A stretch of DNA of 64,000 nucleotides from Girardia tigrina. Taxonomy: Eukaryota. The translations under genes were made by a program, and so were the position numbers. Of the stretch, positions 39,006 through 51,825 are shown in pieces. The stretch covers positions 73,017 through 137,016 of the forward strand of contig MQRK01218924.1 in NCBI GenBank assembly GCA_001938485.1, read 5' to 3'. Every line of letters starts with the position of its first letter. Positions within the stretch are counted from its first letter, which is position 1. The notes under the pieces were generated by a model, which saw only the letters and a list, made by a program, of their open reading frames with translations, ran no database searches and was not told the origin of the DNA.

Positions 39006-41245
39006 GTACGAAATAATACTACTTTAAACATTGTTTTTTTCTAATTAAATTTAATTAAAAAATTCTCCGTGTAATGTTGAAATTTTATTTATAATAAAAT
39101 AAATTATGTCAATTAAAGACAGAAATAAAATCAATAATTGTCTCTGAAATTACCAGGAAAAGATGATCGCACAAGTATTGTGAAATATGAGATGTCTTGT
39201 AGATGAACTCCACGAACGAACAGCTGACACTCTTTGCCACGACCAAATGCTGTTTTACCAAAAAAATTCGTTTACTTTTTAAACTGTAAATACTTTTCCC
39301 GTCAATTTATAATTTTAACTAATAAAATGACACTAATATATTTTTCAATATCAAATTTTATATAATGTTGTATTATCATTTTTTAAAAATTTTTTTTAAT
39401 TACATAAATAAAATGAAGTTAACTTTTAAACAGCAAATATATTCCGGAGACGCCTTTAAAATTGTGTGAATATCTAAATAGATATCATATTTTCTATGTC
39501 TTGTTTTAGGCATCAGACTTTTGATCTAATTTAAGGATTATGTGAAACCTCGTCTTTACATCCTTTAGTTATTTGATCTAACATCCACCTTCAATTTTTT
39601 ATTTTAGCTAATATCTATCATTGCTACTTTCTCAAATAATATCCCCATCTCCTAGATCATCAGTTGGAAGTGATAGTAATTGTGTCATCTTAATATTAAA
39701 GGTGACACTCTACGAGTGATATTTAATAGCGGTATTAGTAAATTGAATTTTATAATACTTAAATGAAGAACAAATAATAAACCCAATAATTTATGTCATA
39801 ACATAATTTTGTTTACAAAGTATTGATCACAACCTTTAATCGAAAGAGTTCAAGTAAACTTGTTAGTTAAGGTTGCGGATAACGACAAATATTATTAAAT
39901 ATAAAATATTAATTTTGATTGAATGTTTTAAATAGTTATCTAACTCACGTCTAAAACTTGAAGTTTATAAAAATTTTTAATGATCTCCAAATTACTTTAT
40001 GTATATATATATATATATATATCCAAATTATTTAAACACAAGATAATATTAAAATTTAATAAACGGCGTCAAATTTGTATATAGCTGTTTGGTTTTCGAT
40101 ATCATGAAAGGAAAATATAAAATTAGTTTCAATTGTGTTATTAATTAAATTTAAATATTGTTTCTTATAAATTAATACTTCTATTATGGAGGATGATATA
40201 AACATAACTAAAAATTATAATTACATTTTTATATCATTTATGAGTTATTATCCTCCTTTATCAATAATTGTAAAAAAGATATCCTAGTCTTTCGAAATTT
40301 GACAACAATTCCATTTAGTTATTTGATCAAACGCATGCCCAATTGTGAATACACAAATCTCTGAAATTCTAAGTAAAATAAGATTTGGAGAGATGTGTAA
40401 TCGCATTTGTGGTGAGGTAACTCTGTGATTCGCGACCGATTTTTAGGATACTTCAGTCAGCAGAGTCGCATCTCTATGTCTTCGCTCGAAAATTATCTGT
40501 TCATTTAGATTCAATCTACAAATTTGTTAAACATATGAACAGCTTAGTCATAATTTTTAAATTGATGTAAATTCATACTTTTACTGGACTTTTAATTATT
40601 CAATGAATATCTTCATTCATAATTCGATACTTCGATTATTACATATGTACTTGACAATCTGTAACTCTTTATTTCTACCTGATATGTTCGATCATATTTA
40701 CAGAGATTGTGATTCTTATTACTTCGTTGATGATGTTTGAGTTTGGTCCATGGAAAGAGTTGCGTTTCAGCTAATATGTAATTATTTCTTAAATTTATAT
40801 ATCAAAAGTTGGTTAAGTAATACTTTAGACCGTGATAATTAATTAATTATGATAAATTGGTGTGATCAACGATTGAAGTTTACCACATAGCTTTCTTTGT
40901 ATATATTATCGACATTTAACTTTGATTTAAACCATAAATTATAAGTTATTTTTAATGGCTTTAATTGATCTCATGAATATGAAATAAATGAAACCTAATT
41001 TAACCAAAAATTGTAATTAATTGTGATAAATTTTGTTAGAACAAATTTCTGAAGACGATTCACGGCCTTAGTTTTGAATAGTTTTTTATTGTCGTCTTTT
41101 GAACTATTTCAGCAATTTTATCTTCACCAAGAATATATTTTTCTATCACTCTTTTGTACAAGTAAGGCAGTTGCAAATACAATTTCACAGATTCAAGTGG
41201 AAAGATTTCTACTCTTACTTATTACACAAAGTGTATAATGGACAT

Positions 41246-41493
41246 TGGGGGGTTGACTTTTTTACAACTAAACTTGGTATAGTGCCAAAATATGACATTC
41301 TACATGAGATTACAAATTGCAAAAGTTTTACTGACTAAAGATACAAAAATGTCCACCGTAATTAAAAAAATATTTTTGTTAAAATCACAGAAATAGCAAT
41401 TTATTTTTACAAAGTTTTCAGTTTATTGAAAGGCAAAGGTAAATTGTTTGTGCAATTTAAAAGTTGTTGTGCAGAATAAATCTGTAGTTCATA

Positions 41494-41546
<53 letters not shown>

Positions 41547-42495
41547 AATAAATATATAATCTTGCATAATTTTTATGGCTTTTTCGGAACAAATAATGGA
41601 TCTCTGATGTATATGTATAACTTTAACAAGGATGTACTTTAACAAATTTTGATGTGCAATAACCAGCTTGACCAACAGTTTTCATCAGTAAGAAATAAAA
41701 TTCCATATCTTCATTGCTAAGCCAGTTATCATTCACTTTGGTTATGTCAAGTAAATAATAATCCCACATTTCGTCAAAACATTTTTTGGCTTTTTAAACA
41801 GTGATATTTTTAATAAGAAGTTCTACTTTTTGTGTTATATACCTTTCATTAATTTTTGGTAAACTGAGTTTAAGCCATAAATCAGATAATTCTGCGCCAA
41901 CCATTTTACATCTTGAATAATCTGACTCCTCTAAATTTGATAAGTAATTGAACCGATAAATAACAGAATAAGCTTTTGACATTTTATTCATATTATGAAA
42001 TGACTACAAAAGTTTCGGTATGTGAGATCTTGTTGATTTTGATTTCTCAAAGTGGACTAGATTTTCTTCCATGCATTGATATTTTCAGGTTTTTCAGCTA
42101 TCTCGGAGCTTATTCTAGACATTCTAAAATATAAAGTAAATTGAAATACTTTAAAGTCACATGCGAAATTCAAATGAAATCCAGTTAACGCTAATAATCA
42201 CCTTCATTGGAACACGTTTATATTGACAGCTAACAACAATAATTCAATCTTTCGCTTGTAGAAATAACTAACATTTGATCGATTCAAACGACGTATACTT
42301 AAAATTATTTATTTTTACATTTATTTGTATCCTGCCACACAATAAAGAAGCAATTATAAAATACATATTTACGGGGACATTTTTGCAATAAAGTGTCTCA
42401 AGCTATGCATTTCTATAAATAAATATACAATGTCAGCTTTTAAAAATATACCAATTAATTTTAAGGCGACAAAGTTAAAAAAAAGTCAACCCCTT
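41246..42495 (-). mobile_element. Non-autonomous DNA transposon derivative with short TIRs and 9-10-bp TSD; superfamily uncertain
   Basis: ggggttgactttttt / aaaaaagtcaacccc TIR; (T)AATGGACAT at 41236-41245 and 42495-42504. Minus-strand remnant LSDLWLKLSLPKINERYITQKV...WLSNEDMEFYFLLM..GQAGY; internal (TA)n. Confidence 0.75.
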
Positions 42496-42957
42496 AATGG
42501 ACATCTGTACTTCCATGGATCGGGTCTGCAATTTTACTAATATTTACTTGAGAAATTGTGAAAGAATCACAAAATAATAGTAAAAAATTATTTGCAATTG
42601 TCGACATCTTCAATTATTTTTTGTTAAAGAAAATCTTTTAATGTCCGACTGTGATAAACTTGATCCTCTCTGAATTGACATTTTTCTTGGAAGTCATTTA
42701 TATCAAATTCGATTAAATTTTCAATTTGATGTTTTAATCTGTTTGATAAAGATATGATCTAGCAAACCAGATGTGTCCAAACAGCTGTGAAAACTGTCTA
42801 TGTAAATCTTATGTTAAACGTTTTGATCATTTTGTCATAATTTGAGTAATAGTTTTGTTTCATTTAGAAATATTTTATTTTTAATATTATATTTAAAGAA
42901 TTATTATTCTAGTATTTAATAAACTATTAAGTTCCTACTTATTCTTGGTATTTTTAG

Positions 42958-43127
42958 GTGGTTCAGGGTCCAATGATTCGGGAGTTGTAGACAGTGCTGA
43001 ATATGCTGTTGAAAGAATACAAAGATTGAGTTTTGAACTAACGGATCTTGTTATGGCGGTTGATGAAGTTAATATTAAGCTTAAGATTGAACTTGACTGG
43101 CGACGATTGGAACAGCAGAGTCAACAG
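42958..43127 (+). CDS. trio: Trio-like exon m
   Basis: tttag|GT GGT...CAG|gttatt. ERIQRLSFEL...KLKIELDWRRLEQQSQQ. Confidence 0.88.
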
Positions 43128-44129
43128 GTTATTATAACATTATTTATAATTCTATTCAGAAAAAAAATGCAGTTATAAAATTATTTAAAGTTTACTACTA
43201 ACGTAACATGTGTACTCTTCCTTGTTTTGTAGTTAGTACTATTTGACTTTCTGAATGTCAAAATATTCTTTAGAAATATTTCAATTTGTTAAATTACCAC
43301 TGCAAATTTTATTTTACCATGATTCTTTTTTATTATTTACTACAGGGTTTACCATTAATGTTGATATGGACTTCATGGGGTTCAATAAAAATAGAAAATG
43401 ATTGAATGCTCACTTATATTAGGCGATATTGAATTTTAAAAACAAAAGGATAATTATAAAATTAATTAATTCTTATGAGATTTTTTATTTTTACCTCAAT
43501 AACAAATATAATTTAAAGCTATTTCTACAGATGAATTACAATCACGGTAACAATTATATTTTATACACAAATTAAAGGGAGTCGTTATTAGAAAAAAAGG
43601 TTGGAAATCCTTGTTTAACGTCAATAATTTTTTGTCAAACGTTCGAAGTAGATCTTGATACACGATTTAATTTAATACATCCTTTCATCAAATTAGTTTT
43701 ATGCATAGCTGCAAACAATTAAGTATCATCATTTTCGACATATTATCATAAAATATTCTTGAACATTAATGGACGATTAATGTAGGTAATTAATACATGT
43801 AGTCAGATTGTAGTCCTAGTTAAAAATATCATTTTCAAGAACCTACGATCTTTGACCATAGATCAAGTTGGACAAGATTTAAATTTAAAGTAATTTTTTT
43901 CAATTGTTGGTAGATATGACTGCATTTATGGCTAATTGACAAGATAATTTATGAGGTTTGAACATGTATCATATGATTTAGAAGGCTTAGTTGACCAAAA
44001 TTAGGTGATTAGTCTTTGCAGAGAATACAATATAACTGTGGACTGTGAAACCAGGAGCATAAGTATTACAAATCCTTGCGACGAAAGAAGGAATAATTTT
44101 TCTTAAGGGTTAAGGGTACTGGTATATCA

Positions 44130-44228
44130 AAAATTGAAATTAAAATTTGTGAATTTTTGAATATTATTAATTCTTTATTCATCAAATATTTTCTTTAATG
44201 ATTTAAGGACAAACTCAAACTAACTCTT
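44130..44228 (+). repeat. ~95-bp dispersed repeat (second copy ~46377-46471)
   Basis: aattgaaattaaaat(t/c)tgtgaattt...ttctttattcatcaaatattttctttaatgattta...caaactcaaactaactct occurs in both places. Confidence 0.8.
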
Positions 44229-44782
44229 TATTTTTTAAGTGACTTAATAATCTGAAATAATTTTCATTGTTTTAATCTTCGTCATTGAAATATTCTATGT
44301 TTATATTCTTTTATAATCAGTTTATATGAATTTTCGATTGTTTATTTTTCATGACTACTCATTTATAATGATTTAGTGGAATTATTTATTTTATAGTCAT
44401 TTTTTATTATATAATTACAGTGAAGTGTTAATATTTGAAATATTTAGAGGTTTGAAAATTACTCCGTTAATTTAATTTTTTTCTTTGTGAAAACATGCAA
44501 CAGCGAGAAGATGATTTATTCATATCATTTTGATGCATTATTTTCAGTAAATAATAAACGAAAGAATGTTTGAGGATCAACCTTTAAAATATAGAGAGCC
44601 ATTGTATCATTATTGCTCTAAATTGTTTCTTCTGAAGATGATTATTAAGAAAATTTTGTTGTTCGTCCAGTTCACTTTTTCCATTGATTTATGGACCTCG
44701 TTGTATATGATTCAGTATTGACTGACATGATACATTTGCGTGATAATCCGATAATCACATCTTGATCAACTTTAATTATTTA

Positions 44783-45546
44783 CAGGATGACGCAAAATAA
44801 ACTCCAAGGTACTTTTCTATTGGATCTTTTTATCCACCTACTTTTTTATAGGTAAAGTATACATTTTTAGAATCCTGAGCGTTGCCAAATTCTGATGGTA
44901 TATAAAAAAATCGAAAAAAAACATCAAAAATTAAAAAAAATTTTTGGACGAAAAATTTAACAAGCTTTTTATTCCATAAAAGCATAACAACATTTAATTA
45001 TCGAATTTCAACTTGTCCTCCATCTCTAAGAAAACATTCATGCAAACGTCGTCTGTAGTCGGCCACAACGCGTTCACGATGTGCGCGGTCTCCACGGATT
45101 TCATTGGCAACTCCTTCAATCGCTGCTCTCAACTCTTCGAGTGTGCTTGGACGTTGTTCGCGATGATAAATTCGACCTTTCATGTAGCCCCACAACCAAT
45201 AGTCACATGCTGTAAGATCTGGCGAGCGAGGCAGCCATGTAACTGGAGCAGAATGCGCCCGTGTTCTGCGACCTATCCATCGATTTGGAAACTGTTGACC
45301 CAACAATTCAAGAAAATCTCCAAGAATGTGTGGCGGAGCGCCGTCATGCTGCTCAATGAGAGAATTGAAATTCGGCCAAGTTTGAAGCTCTGGAATAACG
45401 TGCTCTTGATTCAATTCAGTCATCCAACGACCATTGATTCTGCGCTCATTTCCAGGATTCTAAATATGTATACTTTACCTATAAAAAGTAGGTGGATAAA
45501 AAGATCCAATAGAAAAGTACCTTGGAGTTTATTTTGTGTCACCCTG
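44783..45546 (-). mobile_element. Internally deleted rosa-like Tc1/mariner element with ~95-bp TIRs and D46D catalytic spacing
   Basis: TIRs 44783-44877 and 45453-45546; TA at left, CA at right. ORF 44998-45423 HDGAPPH...WIGR...WLPRSPDLTACDYWLWGYMK. Confidence 0.9.
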
Positions 45547-45933
45547 CACTATTCGCAATACTACAGACTAAACGGATTTGATAGTATTTTTGCATTGTTT
45601 CGTTTGATGTATAAATATTCTCATTTTTCACTTGAATTTAATAATTAGCATTGAGTTTTACATGTTTTTTTATAATTAATTAAAATATGCTGTATTATTT
45701 TTTATAATTTATTGTAATCGTATATGTGTGTGTTAATCTTAAATCATTAAAAATGACTTAATCTTTGAAGCAAAATCCGTATTAATCTTTTTGAAGTAGT
45801 TTTATTCGGGTTAATAATCCACTGTGTAATGGATTTTATGAGTAAATAAACAAAAAGTTAGAGAACTTGTAGACTGACAACTATTTTATATATATTAAAC
45901 ATATTTGCTTAAAATAAAAGTTACCTGAAACAG

Positions 45934-46304
45934 GTGCTCACGTGGATATCACAATGCGATGAGATGCTTCGTCAGACGGCCCTCGTTCCGGGCAACCTGA
46001 CCGAGGCCGAGCAACTGCAAATGGAGCACGATAAATTCCAGCCGATACTCAACGAGGCACATCCACAAGCTGTCACTTGTGCCGCGTTTGCTGAGATGTA
46101 TATCCAGCAAATCACTTATCAACTCGGATCAGAGAACGATTCAAATTCTGTCACATCTGAATTGTCAAATCACAATTTAACGTCCACAATTTTTTCACGT
46201 CGTAAAGAAGCCCAGAATATTGCTGAACTAGTTGCAGATCAGTGGCAGAAACTCGTCTACGCTGCAGAAGAAAAACATAAATTACTTCTAGCTGCAGGGA
46301 ATTG
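45934..46304 (+). CDS. trio: Trio-like exon n (spectrin repeat)
   Basis: aacag|GTG...AAT TG|gttggt. VLTWI...NLTEAEQLQMEHDKFQ...AELVADQWQKLV. Confidence 0.93.
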
Positions 46305-48607
46305 GTTGGTTTTATTGATTTTCTTATCAAATAACGGATACATATTTTGTTCCATCAGACTCTTAGAATTTTTTATAATTGAAATTAAAATCTGTGAATT
46401 TATGAATATTAATAATTCTTTATTCATCAAATATTTTCTTTAATGATTTACATACAAACTCAAACTAACTCTATTTTTTGAGAGAAATGATTTATTTTAA
46501 TAAACATGAACTTTAAATATTCCCTTCTTTTTTTACATATATTTAATTTTATAAATTTTACAATTATTTAAATCTCGATCTGGTGAAATGTTAATGGACT
46601 ATTATTAATGTTCATATAACAATCTATTCTTGACAATATGAAGAAATACTGTTTACACAAATTTTGTATCCGAGAATCTAAGATATTTTCTTAAGATATA
46701 TAATATAGAAAAATTGGGTACTTCATACATAAAGACTAATCATGAAAACAGTACAGAAAAGTCCTAGTCAAAATCGAAACCAGAGTAAAGAAAAAGATAA
46801 ATATGAATGACTGTACAGTGTGATTGAGAAGATATACAACAGAAAAAATATAAGGAATAGTTAATTTACATTTTACCACATTGAGATTTAAATAATTGTA
46901 AAATTTTTAATAGATTAAATATATGTAATAAAAGAAGGAAATATTTAAAGTTTAGATCGGATCGAATATTTCTTAATTTGGAAAATATATTATTTAGGTG
47001 AAATAATTAAAATTTTTAAATAAAAATCAAACAGTAGCTAATATGAATATTTTTTTTCATTTAGGATCGATATTTTGGTAATTAAGAATAATAGGCGTAT
47101 TAAAAATAACAAGTTTGTTATGAGAAACAAATCCATTAATTTTGCTAAATTTCTAAAGATTTCAACTGCTTATTCTTTAAATCTATAAAGATTCGTTCCA
47201 TTTTTGACACAATTTCCGATGTTTTGAGTTTTTCTATTAAAATAGCTTTTTATGTAATCTTTAAGACACCCATCTTTACAGTAACAATTACATCGACATG
47301 TATGATGAAACTTTGCATATTTAGCGATTAAAAAGAACAAAAAGTGGTATAACTTAAAGTGTTAAACGAGACATGTATATATATTAGGTAAAAAATAATT
47401 AACAATACATATTTGAGGGCATATGTGTGTGTCGGTGATCCAATATAATCTCCATTTAAATGAAACAGTACAGTATTTTTCGATCTCTAGAATAAATAAT
47501 AAAAAATATTAAGTCAGTGTAGAACTGTGTTAAACCTAACTATGGTCTGCTTTAAAGCGGATTGTTAAATGAATTCAGTTACCCAAAATTATGGGGGATC
47601 AGTGAGAAATGTCTCAAAAAGAATACAGAATTCGTCAATTAGAGAATTTCTTTGAAAATAATATTAACAGTATAAATGTAAATAAATCTGCTTCATTTAT
47701 AGCTCATATTTCTGTAACAATAAATATAGGCGATATTTCTTTTTTAATTAAAAAAATCTATTGTAATATTTATATTTTCATTTGTTATTTACTTCGTCTT
47801 GCAAATTTGTATTTCTATAAAATCTATTCTTGTAAAATTAGTTTTACTTGATGCCAATTTGATCTAGAAATGATTTTTACAAAACAGATAAAAGGATGGT
47901 AACGATTTTGTACCATAATTTTGTATCTTCTTATTAAATATTCTATTTAAGTGAAATTTTACTTTATTAATTTTTTGAAATCCTTTAATTTTTGCAAATA
48001 AAAGAGAAATTAATTTTTAATATGTTATTGAATGTAAAAGGTTCATATTTTAATGCTAGATTATTCTTGGAAACATTTTAATCTTAGCTGAGGCCTTTAA
48101 ATTTATAATAATAAATACCACTTATGCATGGCTTTCCAGTTCTGACCACCGTCTGAAAGCTTTTCGGGTACCTTTATGCGGATTGTAAGAATGCGAATAT
48201 CAATATCAGCAATTTTTTTAAACAAGCATTAAAAATATGATCGGTTATGTCACCATATAATCAGTTTTGATTTGAAATGAAATTCATAACCTTAAGTGAC
48301 ATTAATCAGTAATTTTTTTGGGTTTTCGATTAAAAATTTCTATGAAATCTTTGATTTAGTCATTCATTTGAGAGCTTGTAAATTTAGATCTTGCGATTGT
48401 AAATTTAGTTGAATTAGTTTCTGATATGAACAGCAGTAGTAGATATTCATTACTTTATTTACTTATAGTTCCACAATCTATTATTACATCTTTACATAAA
48501 GTAAATAACATTTTTTTATTTCAAGTCAAAATAGAAAAATTAGATTGCTTTTATTTTTTTCCAACATTTCTATATCTTGACTTATTAATTAATCTGAATA
48601 TTTTTAG

Positions 48608-48793
48608 GTACAAAACATCCGATCAAGTAACCTCTGTATTAAGATCATTGGAGAAAGAATATCGCAGAGCCGAAGATTGGTGTCAAAATGAAAAAGCTTC
48701 TTCACGGGGAGATCAAGTCACTTATCTCGGCGATTTACTGTCTAGACATTTTGAACAAAAGGAAGCATTTTTGAAGGCTTGTATTCTGGCAAG
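48608..48793 (+). CDS. trio: Trio-like exon o
   Basis: tttag|G TAC...GCA AG|gtgact. YKTSDQVTSVLRSLEKEYRRAEDWC...HFEQKEAFLKACILAR, a highly diagnostic Trio/Kalirin motif. Confidence 0.96.
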
Positions 48794-48829
48794 GTGACTT
48801 ATAATTTACCTAATTTTTTACTATGATTA

Positions 48830-50183
48830 TAGGGTTGTCTCATAAGTTTTGTCGTAAAAATAACACCAAAATACAATAAAATATAAAATGTTTTATCAAT
48901 CGTCCACGTCATGCAAATGCGAAAAGTAGTAGCCATTGTGCTCAATACATCTCAGTCAACGTCCAGGGAGGCTGCGTATCCCATTTTGGAAAAAAATCAC
49001 ACGGTTTCTTGTCAAATCAATGAAGATCTTCGATGATATCGTTGACACCGGCATAATTCTTTCCTCTAAGTGCACATTTCATTGGAGAGAATAGATAGTA
49101 GTCAGATGGGGAGAGATCGGGGGAGTATGGTGGATGTGGTAGTACCCGTGAATCCAAGCGCATTCAGCTTGTCCTTGGTCTTAGCAGCTTTATGCGGACG
49201 AGCATTATCGTGGAGATAATGAAAATTGTGGTTTTCTCCATGGAGCAACCGTCTGCGCCTCTGCTGAACGGCGATAATGAGACGATCCAGCTGAGTACAG
49301 TAGACATCCGCACTGATTGCAGCATTTGGAGGTAAGACATCTAACAAGAGCAATCCTTTACTATCCCAAAAGACGGAGACGAGATGCTTTCGGTTTGTCA
49401 GTCTTCGTGCCGGGGTTGCAAGTGGGTTTTCATCCGATTTTCTCCATGATCTATTGTTGAAAGCGCCTTCATTGTCCCATTACACCCATATCTAATCGCA
49501 TGTGATGATTTGGGACAGGAAATCATTCCGGTGATAACTATCCAATAGCTGTTGACAAATTCTTTTGCGATTATCCTTGTTCTGTTGTGTCAGAGCGTGT
49601 GGTACTCAGCAATTTTCCAGATATCGGTATCCCATCGCACTCAAGGGCCGGTACATCGTGGTTTTATCCTAATTAATTCCCTCTGCAATGTTCCTCGTTG
49701 ATGCACGCTTGTCTTCAGTCAGAAACTTGATTATCTCCTCGTCTATGTCAAGAGAGGGCCGCCCTTCGCGGACTTGGTCGTCTGTGTTAAAGTTGTTTTC
49801 ACGAAAATTGGAAATCTACCTTTCACATGTTCTCTTTGAGACTGTTCCAACTCCAAGGGCCGTGTTAATTTCGTCCGTCATCTGTGAGGGTGTTAAATCC
49901 CTTTTTAGCATTAGTAAATTAATTTACGAATATCACAGTGATTAAAATCCATTAGGATGATGAAAATGTGCGAAATTTTCGAAAATGCTATTATTTTATT
50001 AAAATAAAAATTCATTTAGAACAGAAAATAAAAATTATTGGACATAAGTAGATCGTAAATGCTTTTTTATCTAATTCACATTTTATTAGGGATGGCAAAT
50101 ATATAAGAATTATTTATGTGATGCAAGGATATCTGCAGTTAACATAGATATATGTGTGCGACAAAACCTATGAGGCAACCCTA
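48830..50183 (-). mobile_element. mariner transposon, full length, degenerate
   Basis: TA|tagggttgtctcataagttttgtcg ... cgacaaaacctatgaggcaacccta|TA. LHDNARPH motif plus HPPYSPDLSP in a shifted frame. Confidence 0.9.
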
Positions 50184-50702
50184 TAGTTTCTCTCTAGTGA
50201 TATAGATATATTTAAATATTTAATTAATTGCACCAATCTAACATTAAGATTTAAAACATTTGACTTTAAGTTTTATTAAACTGTAGTACTTTGACCATTC
50301 ATTTTTTCCGTGAGGCTCAGGAACACGGATATGGCTTTTATTATGTTTTAAATCAATTTAAACTTTACAAAATGGAAGTACAAACTTATTTATATTTTTC
50401 GTCTGTTGATTATGAACACATGATTTAATGTATAAAAAATTGTAATATCCTTAGTCAAAGAGACATTTTCTTCTCCAAAAATTTTGTTTTATGTTTAGTG
50501 AATATTTAATAATATTCCTAGTTCTTTTGTAGCGAGTTTGTTAAAAAAACCCTCCATTAACATTATTTACCTTCGATTTTTTTCCGCTATTTTCAGTCCA
50601 CCGTGATAAAGACAAAAGGGTAATTTAATAAATCTTAAGGTCTTGACTGCAACATACAATTTGTATATGGTTTTGTTAATTTAATTGTTGTAAAGATCAT
50701 TA

Positions 50703-51278
50703 TGAGGAGTGTCCCAAAAGTTCACGGACTGAGAGAATATTGTAACGCGCGTTGTGTGTACGATGACATGAGGGGGAACCAACCAATTGTAATTGTGAAC
50801 TCTCATTGGCTGCCCGTCGGCATGTGTGTGAAATACGAATGTACTAATTTGTCATTTTTCTCTCTTGTAGTTAGTATGGAAGAGGCAGTGAAATCTCAAA
50901 CGAGCAATCATCTATTTCCTCTGGAAGGAAGACACCCCCACTGCAGATATTATGCACCGTTTACACCGTGTCTTTGGTGATGTCGCTATGGGAAGAACGG
51001 CTGTTTTTAAGTGGGTGCAACGATTCCAGACAGGGCGTCAATCATTGGAGGATGATGAACGCACAGGGCGACCAACAACCTCCGGATGTCAAGAAAATGT
51101 GAATGTTATCGAAGAAGTCATTCTTGATGACAGATGTGAAAGTGTGTGAAACTGAATGGTGATTATATTGAAAGGTTCGATAGCGATTCTGATGAGGATT
51201 GATCAATTTTGTTAACTGGAATAAACTTTTTGAATTTGTTGTTACTTATCAGTACGCGAACTTTTGGGACACCCCTCG
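50703..51278 (+). mobile_element. Internally deleted mariner (MITE-like, 576 bp)
   Basis: TA|tgaggagtgtcccaaaagttc ... gaacttttgggacacccctcg|TA. Retains only the N-terminal HTH (VFKWVQRFQTGRQSLEDDERTGRP) joined to the 3' end. Confidence 0.9.
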
Positions 51279-51543
51279 TAGTTATTAATTTTCTAATAAT
51301 TTTTGAAGCGAAAAAAATTAACAATAATCCTAAAGTTTTGTTCGTTTTTGTCACGTCATGTATTGTATAACCAGCTCAATAATTTATTGACAATAATTAA
51401 TGAGCCTTCCATAGAAAAAAAAATCCGATAGCAAATGTGAAATCTGAATACCACATATAATACTAAATAAAAATCGTATTAATTTTAACAATATAAATAA
51501 AAAACTCTTACATGAAGTTTAAATGTATTTAATTTATATTTAG

Positions 51544-51730
51544 ACGAACCTCAGAACAGTTCACTAAATACCTAGGTCGACAGCCAGCTAAAACCCCTGG
51601 AAAAACCAGTGTTCAGGAAAAAGTTGATGCTTCAATTAAAGATTTAATGGTGAAAGAACAAGCAGTTCTTCAAGCGTGGGCTGCTAGAAAAAGTCGACTG
51701 GATGAATGTTTGGATTTTATTAGAGTGAAG
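51544..51730 (+). CDS. trio: Trio-like exon p
   Basis: tttag|A CGA...AAG|gtatgt. RTSEQFTKYLGR...KEQAVLQAWAARKSRLDECLDF. Confidence 0.92.
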
Positions 51731-51825
51731 GTATGTCTTTGAAAACAGTGAATAACTTGTCATATAAGTGATACATAACAATTTGTGCTTATATTTTAAA
51801 ACTATCATACAAAATTATCCTAGGT

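Noticed and set aside
41407-41642. ORFs with YIYIYI runs
   Set aside because: Translation of a (TA)n microsatellite.
43343-43613. hAT MITE-like ends (cagggttt ... aaaaaggttggaaatccttg)
   Set aside because: No matching 8-bp TSD and poor TIR match.
45013-45648. 211-aa + strand ORF
   Set aside because: Antisense shadow of the transposase fragment and TIR.
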